Assembly: GCA_031289755.1 (NCBI GenBank)
Contig: JAITOU010000045.1
Span: forward strand, 6,411-70,410
From: Clostridiales bacterium
GTDB taxonomy: Bacteria > Bacillota > Clostridia > Christensenellales > JAISNN01
DNA: 64,000 nucleotides
Direction: 5' to 3'
The notes below the pieces were generated by a model. That model saw only the letters and a program-made list of their open reading frames with translations. It ran no database searches and was not told the DNA's origin. This document shows positions 1 to 9,400 of this stretch, in pieces; the stretch's first letter is position 1; every line of letters begins with the position of its first letter. The position numbers and the translations under genes are program-made.

Positions 1-611
1 CCGTCGATATACGCGGCAAGACGTTTATTGGCGTATTCTATAATCATTTGACCGATATTTGAACGCCTGTACGCATAAGGACCCGTGACGCCCGACGGCA
101 TAAGCACAACGGCGTTCAAGCCGTCGTTTTTTACGGCGTCCAAAACGATATTCGACGCTTCCGCCTTGCTTATAGAATAATCGTCCTTTAACTTAGACGG
201 ATAAAATATGTCCTTTTCTTTTATTGTCTCGTCATTTGTATCAAAGTCTATCGCGTGTACGCTGGAAACGTATACAAGGCGTTTGATTCCGGCTTTTTTT
301 GCCGCTTCGGCAACCTTTCTCGTTCCGTCTACATTGACCGCCTTTATGAGCTTTGCGTCCGTCTTGCCTATCTCTATTATGCCCGCCAAATGATAGACTA
401 TATCCGCACCGTCAAAAGCCTTTTCGAGCGATTCACCGTCCGTGACGTCGCCGTACACAATCTCGTCCGCAAGCGGCTCGATAAAATCATATCCGCTCCC
501 TTGCCGCACAATAGCGCGTATGTATTCGCCTCGCTCCTTTAATTCGTACATGAGAGCGACACCGATGTGTCCCGTCGCTCCGGTTATCACGTTTATTCTT
601 CTTGTGTCCAT
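1..611 (-). CDS. NAD-dependent epimerase/dehydratase family protein (3' end runs off the window)
   Basis: Absent from the ORF track because the frame is open to position 1. Manual translation from ATG 611-609 gives MDTRRINVITGATGHIGVALMYELKERGEY..., with a Rossmann GxxGxxG (TGATGHIG) and a later YSISK (YxxxK). A purine-rich AAAGGA sits upstream of the ATG. Confidence 0.8.
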   Translation of the reverse strand, partial: MDTRRINVITGATGHIGVALMYELKERGEYIRAIVRQGSGYDFIEPLADEIVYGDVTDGESLEKAFDGADIVYHLAGIIEIGKTDAKLIKAVNVDGTRKVAEAAKKAGIKRLVYVSSVHAIDFDTNDETIKEKDIFYPSKLKDDYSISKAEASNIVLDAVKNDGLNAVVLMPSGVTGPYAYRRSNIGQMIIEYANKRLAAYID

Positions 612-699
612 TTTGTTCCTTTTAAATGCCGGCGCGCTAATAACTCGCTAAGCCGTGTAAAATAATATTTCTATTATAACAAAAAAACTGTAAAAAGTC

Positions 700-1094
700 A
701 AAAAATTCATCGTTCAAGAAAATTTCCGACAGACTGGATATGTCGTCCGAAATATGTAGCGGAATAATCGTGCCGTCAAAATCGCCCGTAAACTCGAAAA
801 CGACTCTATCATGTACGGATATGCCGTGTCGGTCGGATTCTTGAAACGAAAAAATTGCGGCGCGCCGTCACTTCACTCAAACACTTTATAACCGCCGCTT
901 TTTACAAAAGACCAAAACGCTCTTACAAAGCTCTCGGCAAGACTCTCCACGATATGACCATGTCTGTATCCTTTGTAACGCGCATAAGCGACAACCCTTG
1001 CTCATCTAACAAAAGTGAGGAGCCGTGCCGCCGATAATAACATGTCCGTATACGCTTTAAATTGCTCCGCAAATTTATCAAGTCCCGCCGTCAT
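700..1094 (-). pseudogene. Probable decayed gene (possibly GyrI-like/effector-binding fold), interrupted by in-frame TGA codons and a frameshift
   Basis: ATG 1094-1092 opens MTAGLDKFAEQFKAYTDMLLSAARLLTFVR, then TGA (1004-1002). The same frame continues ARVVAYARYKGYRHGHIVESLAESFVRAFWSFVKSGGYKVFE, then TGA (875-873). A protein-like stretch HDRVVFEFTGDFDGTIIPLHISDDISSLSEIFLNDEFF follows in another frame. TGA is a normal stop elsewhere (e.g. the SDR gene at 2619-2621). Confidence 0.3.
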
Positions 1095-1149
1095 GATTTG
1101 TACTCCTCTAAAATATTGTTTAACGCGTCTTGCACTCGCTCGTCTTTTC

Positions 1150-1512
1150 TTCGCGTAGCGCGGCATAGAGCGATATGCCGTCAACCCCGCCGTCCGCTTG
1201 CATAAACACACGGATTATATTTCCACACTTCAACCTTTATATTGCCGGGTACATACGTTTCATAGCGGCATCGAGCCGACCGCAATTCTACTTCCAAATG
1301 CTTTGAAAACGTCTATATCCCTAAGGCGACTTCGATATTCCTTTTGTCAAAACCGCAACGGGGGCTTCGTATGCGTTGAGTAAAATCAACGCGTCTCTTG
1401 TAGTTTGGCTATTATCGGTATTGTCGCAATATACGTCGCCTATAAAAGACGGCATGATTTTTTTCATACCTTTTCTCATGCAAATCCTTTTCAATGCCGC
1501 GCAAGACATCAT
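1150..1512 (-). pseudogene. Probable frameshifted gene remnant (family not recognised)
   Basis: The 63-aa ORF 1321..1512 (..MKKIMPSFIGDVYCDNTDNSQTTRDALILLNAYEAPVAVLTKGISKSP*) continues after a 1-nt shift as RDIDVFKAFGSRIAVGSMPL*, then breaks again. No intact ORF longer than 82 aa lies between 612 and 1838. Confidence 0.25.
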
Positions 1513-1838
1513 TTCGTGGCAAGGCGTGCCAAAAAATGTTTTAAATAGTCGTCCCGAGTCTATAATAATTTACTTTGTCAACGACATAGTTGCCAAGCAT
1601 TCCGTAGAAAAACTCTATGCCTAATATTTGTAAAGATTTTTTTGAAATATTTTCCTTTTTAAATATAATTTCACAGGTTTCATTGACAACCGCACCGAAA
1701 ATATATAGAATAAGTATATAAAATAACAAAAAAGACCGCTTGCTCCACACGCAAGAGAAGATAAATCCTACATAGCACAATGAGTTAAAGACCGCTTGGC
1801 GATAAAATTTGAATACAAATCATACGGAGGGAACATAA

Positions 1839-2621
1839 ATGGTCGTCCTAATCACAGGCGCGTCCGCCGGAATCGGCAAGGCGGCGGCGGAGCTTTTTTT
1901 GAGCAAGGGCTGTATTGTGTACAATATATCGCGGAGCGGCTCGGACGTAAGCGGCATACATAATATATGCGCGGACGTTTCCGACCCTTTGAAGGTTTTT
2001 GAAGCGGTGGAAAGCGTATATGCCGCCCAAAAGCGGATAGACGTACTTGTCAACTGCGCCGGCTTCGGCATATCCGGCTCGGTCGAAAACACAAGCCCCG
2101 ATAATATGCAAAAAATCTTTGCCGTGAATTTTTTGGGAACGGCATATATGTGTCGGAGCGTCATTCCGATAATGCGCGGACAAAACGGCGGCATGATAAT
2201 CAACGTCGGCTCTGTCGCCGGAAGAATACCCATACCCTTTCAAGCCTTTTACTCCGCGACAAAGGCAGCCGTCGGCTCTTTCGGTCAAGCCTTGCGAAGC
2301 GAAGTCAAGCCCTTTGGCATCCGCGTGACGTCGATTTTGCCCGGCGACGTCAAAACCGAATTTACCGCACGGCGTGAAAAAAATCCGTTAGACGACAAAG
2401 CTTACGGTGACCGTATCGAACGCTCCGTCAAAAAAATGGAAAAGGACGAACAAAACGGTTTGCCCGCATCGCTCATCGCCGCTCAAATTTTTCGTCTTTC
2501 CCGAAGGAAAAATCCGCCGCTCGGTGTAATCGGCGGCAAAGCCTATTCCCTTCTGCTTTTTTTGTCGAGATTTTTGCCGGAGCGGACGGTTTCGTTTTTA
2601 ATCGGCAAGCTGTACGGTTGA
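1839..2621 (+). CDS. Short-chain dehydrogenase/reductase (SDR) family oxidoreductase
   Basis: 260 aa. N-terminal TGASAGIGKA cofactor motif, NCAG, catalytic YSATKAAV (YxxxK). SD GGAGGG upstream. Confidence 0.9.
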   Translation: MVVLITGASAGIGKAAAELFLSKGCIVYNISRSGSDVSGIHNICADVSDPLKVFEAVESVYAAQKRIDVLVNCAGFGISGSVENTSPDNMQKIFAVNFLGTAYMCRSVIPIMRGQNGGMIINVGSVAGRIPIPFQAFYSATKAAVGSFGQALRSEVKPFGIRVTSILPGDVKTEFTARREKNPLDDKAYGDRIERSVKKMEKDEQNGLPASLIAAQIFRLSRRKNPPLGVIGGKAYSLLLFLSRFLPERTVSFLIGKLYG

Positions 2622-2707
2622 TTTCCGCTCGGCTTTTGCGCCGTCCGAAATCGGCTTCCGCAAGCAACGCCGCAGATAATTTTCTCAAATAACTTTCGCG
2701 ATAAGTA

Positions 2708-2736
2708 TTGACAAAATCCCCGAAAAAAAGTATTAT
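2708..2736 (+). promoter_or_regulatory. Sigma-A-type promoter candidate for the S8 protease gene
   Basis: TTGACA (2708-2713), 17-nt spacer, TATTAT (2731-2736), about 55 nt upstream of the start. Confidence 0.5.
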
Positions 2737-2791
2737 ATGTTTGGAAGCAATTGCGGCAAATTGTACTTTGTACAAGTAAAAATGCGGAGCA

Positions 2792-4351
2792 TTGATGAAG
2801 AAAATTTATTTTTATATCGCATTGATATTAATCTTCGCCCTTTCGCCGGTCATTTTACCGGCGGCTTTGCCTTTGTCAAAAGCCTTAGGCTTCAACGGAG
2901 ATTTTTACGCTTTTTCAGACGCCTTGACGGGCATATTGAGTGATTACGGTCAAAGCGACGGCGATACATACGACCCTTACGACAGCTATTCTTCAAAGAG
3001 AATTATAGTCAAGTCCGACTCCGGCGTCGGCTCTTTCGGAGCGGTTGCCGTTGCGGAGGGCTACGGCGGTCTGCATATCTTTCAATATGCGTCGGCAGCC
3101 GCCGCAAAAAAAGCCCATGAGCATTTTCTCTCCTTATCCGCCGTCGAATGGAGCGAACCCGATACCATTATCGACACGGCGTCCGATGATGACGGCAGTG
3201 ATTATGAGTTTTATTTAGACCATGAGGTCTCTTCGGCGGCGGAAGAAACGCCGTCGGGCGAATATTTATCGTGGGGAGCGGCGTATCTCGGCGTAGAAGC
3301 CTATTCGTCTTATCTCACGGCTTCGGTCGGAACGGCAAACCTTAGAGAGGTCGTCGTCGCGGTGATAGATTCCGGCATAGACGTCACTCATCCGCTCTTT
3401 AACGGCAGAATTGCAGCGGGCGGCAAAAACTTCACGTCCGAGCCGTCAAGCTCCGGCTACGCGTACCAAGACGCCAACGGACACGGTACGCACGTTTCTG
3501 GCATAATAGCCAATCTCACTCTCCCTAATGTCAAGCTTCTTCCGCTCAAAGTCATCAATTCCAAAGGTGCTGCGGCTTTTTCGTCTATCATAGCCGCGCT
3601 TTATTACACCGCCGAATTGAAGATAAGCGGACAAAATATTTATTTTGCCAATCTCAGCCTGTCGGGCGGAATATCGGTCAATTCCACAATGCACAAAACC
3701 TACTCTAACGCCCTGCAAAACATTTACAATCTGAATATCATCCCTATCGTCGCCGCCGGAAATAACGGCGCGGACGCTACATCTTACGCTCCCGCAAACG
3801 TCGCCTGCGCCGTTACCGTTTCGTCGGTTTACTCGTCCGGCTCGACATTTTTAAAGGCTGACAATTCAAATTACGGAAGCTATATCGACCTTGCCGCTCC
3901 CGGCGTCTCTATAAACAGCGCGGCAATAGGCGGCACTACAAAGCTAATGAGCGGTACTTCTATGGCGACACCGCACGTGACGGCGATAGCCGCTCTCCTG
4001 CTCTCCGACCCCGACAATAGCTTTTCCGCAAAACAAACCGAAGCCCTTTTAAAAGCCTATGCCGTCGACATCGGCACGGAAGGCAAGGACAGCTCCTTTG
4101 GCTACGGACTTGTCAACACGGGAATGTTTTACTATTCCGCCAATGAAATTCCGCCCCAAATCCCCGACGAAGGCGAACCTTCCGGCGACGGCGCGGCGAG
4201 CGGTTCTGCGCCGTATACAGACGGCTTAATCGGCGGTGCAATCGACGTCCCTAAAACAAACTTAGGCTTTGTCGCCGCAGCAATTCTCTGCGCGGCGGTT
4301 TGTACCGTCTTACTGCTGACGACACACGACAAAAAAAATGCAAAGAAATAA
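2792..4351 (+). CDS. Subtilisin-like serine protease (peptidase S8), secreted with a C-terminal membrane anchor
   Basis: 519 aa. Signal-like N-terminus (KKIYFYIALILIFALSPVILPA). Asp/His/Ser triad motifs VIDSGID, HGTHVSG, GTSMATPH. Pro/Gly-rich linker, then hydrophobic FVAAAILCAAVCTVLLL followed by a KK-rich end. Start is TTG 2792 or ATG 2795. Confidence 0.9.
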   Translation: MMKKIYFYIALILIFALSPVILPAALPLSKALGFNGDFYAFSDALTGILSDYGQSDGDTYDPYDSYSSKRIIVKSDSGVGSFGAVAVAEGYGGLHIFQYASAAAAKKAHEHFLSLSAVEWSEPDTIIDTASDDDGSDYEFYLDHEVSSAAEETPSGEYLSWGAAYLGVEAYSSYLTASVGTANLREVVVAVIDSGIDVTHPLFNGRIAAGGKNFTSEPSSSGYAYQDANGHGTHVSGIIANLTLPNVKLLPLKVINSKGAAAFSSIIAALYYTAELKISGQNIYFANLSLSGGISVNSTMHKTYSNALQNIYNLNIIPIVAAGNNGADATSYAPANVACAVTVSSVYSSGSTFLKADNSNYGSYIDLAAPGVSINSAAIGGTTKLMSGTSMATPHVTAIAALLLSDPDNSFSAKQTEALLKAYAVDIGTEGKDSSFGYGLVNTGMFYYSANEIPPQIPDEGEPSGDGAASGSAPYTDGLIGGAIDVPKTNLGFVAAAILCAAVCTVLLLTTHDKKNAKK

Positions 4352-4374
4352 ATTCCTATTTAATAACCGACTTT

Positions 4375-4412
4375 AAAAAACGCGTAAAGCACCTTTGCTT
4401 TCCGCGTTTTTG
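4375..4412. terminator. Bidirectional rho-independent terminator between convergent genes
   Basis: A-run, ACGCGTAAAGCA, 4-nt loop, TGCTTTCCGCGT (one mismatch), T-run. Confidence 0.65.
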
Positions 4413-4462
4413 TTATTTTAATCTGCTTATATGCAGTTTAGATTATATCCGTTTATATGATT

Positions 4463-5683
4463 TTACCATTTTGAAATAATCTTTTTGATGTTGTCAAGCA
4501 AATTGGCTTTTGCTATGTCGTCGAGAGCTACGGCGACGCAGCCGTCTATCGTTTCACCGTCTTTTTTGACGGTGACCTTGCCTATTGTCTGCCCTTTTTG
4601 AATTTTGGCTTTGATCTCTTCGGGCAATTCGTATTCTACCGTATATTTTGTTCCCGAACCTTTTTTGTTTAAGACGTATATATCGTCGGACGGAGCGATT
4701 CTAACGGTGTCGTTTTTGCCGCCCTTGACCTTGACTGTATTCGATATCTCAGCGTCCTTTAATACGAGTTTTTTGTTTTCATAATTGGCGAAGGCGTAAT
4801 TAAAAAGCTTTTTGGCGTCTTCAAATCTTTTGGGACTCGTATCGGCGCACATGACGACAGATATCACTCTCATGCCGTTATTGACCGCCGATGCCGACAG
4901 ACAGTATTTTGATTCGGACGTAAAGCCCGTTTTGCCCGCGTCGCACCCTTTATAGAAGCGTATGAGCTTATTTGTATTTGTCATTTCCGTCTTTCTGCCG
5001 TCGGGGTGTATATAATCTTCAAGCCAAACCTTGGTAAATTCGTAATATTCCTTATGCTTCAAAAGCTCTCTGTACATCTTGGAAACGTCTCTCGCCGTGC
5101 TGTACTGTCCGTCCTTAGGCAGTCCTGTGGCGTTTGCAAAAACGGTGTTATCCATGCCTAAGCTCTTGGCTCTGTCGTTCATCTTGCTTACGAATATTTC
5201 TTCGCTTCCCGACACCGTTTCCGCCATAGCGACGCTTGCGTCGTTTGCCGAACACACCGTTATAGCCTTTAAGAGATTGCGCACGGGATGCACGCTGGCG
5301 GCGTCCAAAAAGACCTGCGAGCCGCCCATGCCCGACGCGTTTTCGCTGACCTGTATCTCTGTGTCCATCGATATCTGCCCCGCGTCTATCGCTTCAAAGC
5401 TCAAAAGCAGCGTCATAATCTTGACCATGCTGGCAATGGTCAGTTTTTGGTCGGCATTTCTTTCAAAAAGCTCCGTGCCGGTATTAAAATCGGCAAGGTA
5501 CGCCGATTTGGATTCAAAATTCATTAGTCCGGCATCGCTCTTATTCGCCGCGCCCGAAACAATCTCCGCGCCGTAAGCCGGAGCGGAACGCGCCGTATAA
5601 AAGACCGATAGCGCGCTTCCCGATATTCCCGACACCGTCAAAAATAACAAAAATAAATAAAAACACCTTTTGATATTTTTCAT
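4463..5683 (-). CDS. D-alanyl-D-alanine carboxypeptidase (peptidase S11, PBP5/DacB-like)
   Basis: SxxK (ASMVKIM), SxN (CSANDA) and KTG (AGKTGFT) motifs. Signal peptide from MKNIKRCFYLFLLFL. Start placed at ATG 5683 (M18 of the track ORF 4463..5734). Confidence 0.88.
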   Translation of the reverse strand: MKNIKRCFYLFLLFLTVSGISGSALSVFYTARSAPAYGAEIVSGAANKSDAGLMNFESKSAYLADFNTGTELFERNADQKLTIASMVKIMTLLLSFEAIDAGQISMDTEIQVSENASGMGGSQVFLDAASVHPVRNLLKAITVCSANDASVAMAETVSGSEEIFVSKMNDRAKSLGMDNTVFANATGLPKDGQYSTARDVSKMYRELLKHKEYYEFTKVWLEDYIHPDGRKTEMTNTNKLIRFYKGCDAGKTGFTSESKYCLSASAVNNGMRVISVVMCADTSPKRFEDAKKLFNYAFANYENKKLVLKDAEISNTVKVKGGKNDTVRIAPSDDIYVLNKKGSGTKYTVEYELPEEIKAKIQKGQTIGKVTVKKDGETIDGCVAVALDDIAKANLLDNIKKIISKW

Positions 5684-5767
5684 ATAAAACCTCTTTTCGC
5701 ATTTAGTTTGAGATGATATGAAAAAAATATACAATTATCGCAAAAATTAGGACAGTGTACGCACGCC

Positions 5768-6370
5768 CTAAAAAACTATGACAAAAGCCAAAATATCCGC
5801 CGCCAAAACGACGGGCAAAAAATAAAGGCTTTCGCGCAAAGCCGCCTTGTAAGACGGCTTAAATCTATTAAGCCCCCTGTTTTTGAAGCCGCCGGAATGC
5901 TCCGTACACACCAAAAGATACGACGACAAAGCGGCGAGCAAGACGGCGTTGACGGGAATATACACAAGCACGGCGTTGACAAGACCGCCTATGCCGTACA
6001 AGGCAATCAAAGCGGCTATCGACGAACCGAGCTTAAAGGCTACGGCAAAGATTGCGGCAAAGCCTGCAAGAGAGCAATAGAGATTACACACCGTTATATA
6101 CGCTATCGCAAAATAAGCGGTATGCAAAAAGAAAAAGCTTGCGAATTTCATACCGCCGCCGTATGCGCCGAGATTTTTTATCAGAAAGAAATTGTCTACA
6201 AAAAACCTTTCGGAATGCGTCAACCCAGAAATAATCCCAATCAAAAAAAACGCTCCGACGGCTATCCAAAGCCGTCCGAGACGGTTTTTGTTTTTTGCAT
6301 AAAAGCAAGTAAAATAATCTGTGAAGTCGGTCTTGGTTCTGTCAAAAAAATTTTTTGTTCCGTTGTTCAT
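5768..6370 (-). CDS. Polytopic membrane protein, possibly stage II sporulation protein M (SpoIIM) family
   Basis: 200 aa with about 5 hydrophobic helices, and a size and topology like SpoIIM. Assigned by pattern only, with no strong motif. Confidence 0.4.
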   Translation of the reverse strand: MNNGTKNFFDRTKTDFTDYFTCFYAKNKNRLGRLWIAVGAFFLIGIISGLTHSERFFVDNFFLIKNLGAYGGGMKFASFFFLHTAYFAIAYITVCNLYCSLAGFAAIFAVAFKLGSSIAALIALYGIGGLVNAVLVYIPVNAVLLAALSSYLLVCTEHSGGFKNRGLNRFKPSYKAALRESLYFLPVVLAADILAFVIVF

Positions 6371-6439
6371 GGTAAATATTATGTCGAATAAGAGATATTA
6401 ATGACATATATTTTATCTGATTTGCTCGTCGTTTAGGTC

Positions 6440-9400
6440 TTAGGACAAGTCTAAAAGTTTTTCGCAGTATTTTATATTCTCCTGCTTTGTTATCACCGCG
6501 CCAAGCTCCCATTTCATAGGAGCGGAATCGTAATCGACCGAAAGCCCCGTGTCAAAAACCTTTCCGTCGTATTGAACCCTGACCGACGTGTCGCCCCTGT
6601 ATTCTCTGCAAATATCGGTGACGGCTTCGAGAGTCGGTTCAAAATTATCCTCGATTTTGATATAGAGAATTTTTTGCACGTTGCTCTTGACGGGCTTTTC
6701 GGGCGCAAGCGGAGTATCGACGGCGGCGGCGGAATTGCTCCAAACGATAATATCGTTGATAATGATTTTTGGGCTTTCTTCCTGAGAAATTCTTATATTG
6801 CCCGCGACCTTGATGACGGAATCGTTGACAAGCGAATACTTATATTTTTCATACTGCGACGGAAAGAAGACAACTTCGATTGCTCCGTACAGGTCTTCTA
6901 ATCTGCCGTATGCCATCATCTTGCCGTTCTTGGTCATTTTTCTCGAAAAATTTGTCAAGACACCGCCGGCGGTTACAAAATCGCCGTCTATCACCGACAC
7001 AGCCGCCGCTCCGCTTATTTCGCCGTCGTCGCCGTCCGTTTCACGGCTTATCATAGACATATTAAAGGACAATTTTTTAAATTCGTCCAAAAAATCGTTC
7101 AAAGGATGTCCCGAGATGTACATTCCGAGAACTTCCTTTTCGTAGGAGAGTTTTAGATTGTCGGGGTATTCGGCGATGTCGGGATATTTGACCTCGATTT
7201 TTAGCTCGTCCATTTCGGCGTCGAACATACTGAACTGTCCGCATTCCTTGGTCTTGCGGTCGCTCGTCACGATATCGGTGATGTATTCGTAAATGCTCAT
7301 AAGCTGAGAACGCGTCTTGCCGAAACAGTCGAATGCTCCGCCCTTTATAAGGCTCTCTATCATGCGCTTGTTGATATAGGCTTGGTCGCACCGCCCGATA
7401 AAATCCGCCAGACCGGTAAACGGTCCGTTTTCCGCTCGGTTATTGACGATAGCCGATATAGCCGTTTCGCCGATGTTTTTGATACCCATGAGTCCGAAAC
7501 GCACGCCGCCGCCTTCGACACAGAAGTAGACGTTACTTTTGTTAATGTCGGGCGGATAGACGCGGATTTTGTTTTCTTTGAGAATGATGATATATTTTGT
7601 TATTTCGTCGATGTTAAAGATTCGGTTATTGATGACGGCGGTCAGATAATGCACGGGATAATATTTTTTGAGATAAGCGGTTTCGTACGAGAGATACGCG
7701 TATGCGGCGGCGTGAGATTTGTTAAAGGCGTAGGAAGCGAATTTTGCCATGCTGTCAAAGAGCGACTTAGCCGTTTCCGCCGAAACGCCCTGTCTTACCG
7801 CGCCCGGCACGACGATGCTTCCGTCCTTGTCGGTAAGACCGTTGATAAAGACCTCTTCCTCCGCCGACATGGCTTCTTTTTTCTTTTTGCTCATTATGCG
7901 GCGCAATATATCTGCGCGCCCAAGCGAATAGCCCCCAAGCTCTCTCACTATGCGCATGACCTGCTCCTGATAAACTATGCAGCCGTATGTAACCGACAAA
8001 ATCGGCTCTAACTTAGGATGCTCGTATTTTATCGCTTCGGGATTTTTTTTGCCCCTCAAATACGACGGTATATAATCCATAGGTCCGGGACGAAAAAGAG
8101 ATATTCCGGCTATGATTTCTTCGAGCGCGGTCGGCAGCAGCTGCATCATAAATTTTTTCATGCCCGCGCTTTCGAGCTGAAATACCGCGTCAGTTTCGCC
8201 CGTGCCGATAAGGTCGTAGACGTTTTTGTCATCAAAGGGCATTTGGTCAAAATCTATCGTTACGCCCTTGTCTTCCTTTATATAGTCGACGGCTTTTTTG
8301 ATATCCGTCAACGTCCTAAGCCCCAAAAAGTCCATTTTGAGCAGACCCAATTCTTCAAGCTCGTTCATGTTGTATTGGGTCGTCACGTCCGCGCCGTTTT
8401 TTGCGAGAGGCACTTTTTCGCCGACGGGGTCGCGGCATATGACGACGCCGGCGGCGTGCATGGACGTATTGCGCGGCATACCCTCGAGCTGCATAGCCAT
8501 ATCGATGATTTTACGGGCTTGCTCGTCCTCCTTATACATCTTTTGAAGCTCCGGTATGACCTTTATAACGCCGTCGTCTTCGCCTCCGCCCTCGTGCGCG
8601 CTATGGGCGCTTTCGCCTATCATTTCGCCGATAGAGACCTTGCCGAACGGTATGAGCTTGGTAATCCTTTCGACCTCCGCATAAGGAATGCCGTATACTC
8701 TGCCGACGTCCTTTATAGCCGCCTTTGCCGCCATCGTGCCGAAGGTGACTATCTGGGATACTTTATCCTTTCCGTATTTTTCGATGACGTATTCGATGAC
8801 CTTGCCGCGTCCTTCGTAGCAAAAATCTACGTCGAAGTCGGGATTGCTCACTCTTTCGCTGTTCAAAAATCTCTCAAAAAGCAGGTCGTATTTGAGCGGG
8901 TCTACGTTTGTTATTCCGATTATATAGGCGACTATGCTTCCGACGCCGCTGCCCCTGCCCGGTCCTACGGGAATACTATGCCGCTTAGAGTAGTCTATAA
9001 AATCCCATACTATGAGATAGTATTCGGCAAAACCGAGCTTGATGATGATGTCCAGCTCGTATTCTATGCGCTTGTATATATCTTCGCCCGGATTTGGATA
9101 GCGGCTCTCCAACCGCTCATAAGTCAAGGAACGCAAAAAGTCCTTAGGCTCTTGTCCCGTTTCGGGGATATAATAAGGCATGAGATTGGATTTTTTCAGC
9201 TCTATGACCTCGCATTTAGCGGCTATTTCCAAAGTCGTTTCGATAGCCTCCTTGCGCCATGCAAAAAGCTCCTTCATCTCCTTCGGGCTTTTGACATAGA
9301 AGCTGTTATTAGAAAATTTCAGTCTGTTTTCGTCGGCAAGGGTCTTTCCGGTCTGTACGCAAAGCAAAATGTCGTGCATTTCTTCGTCGGTTTGTTCGAG

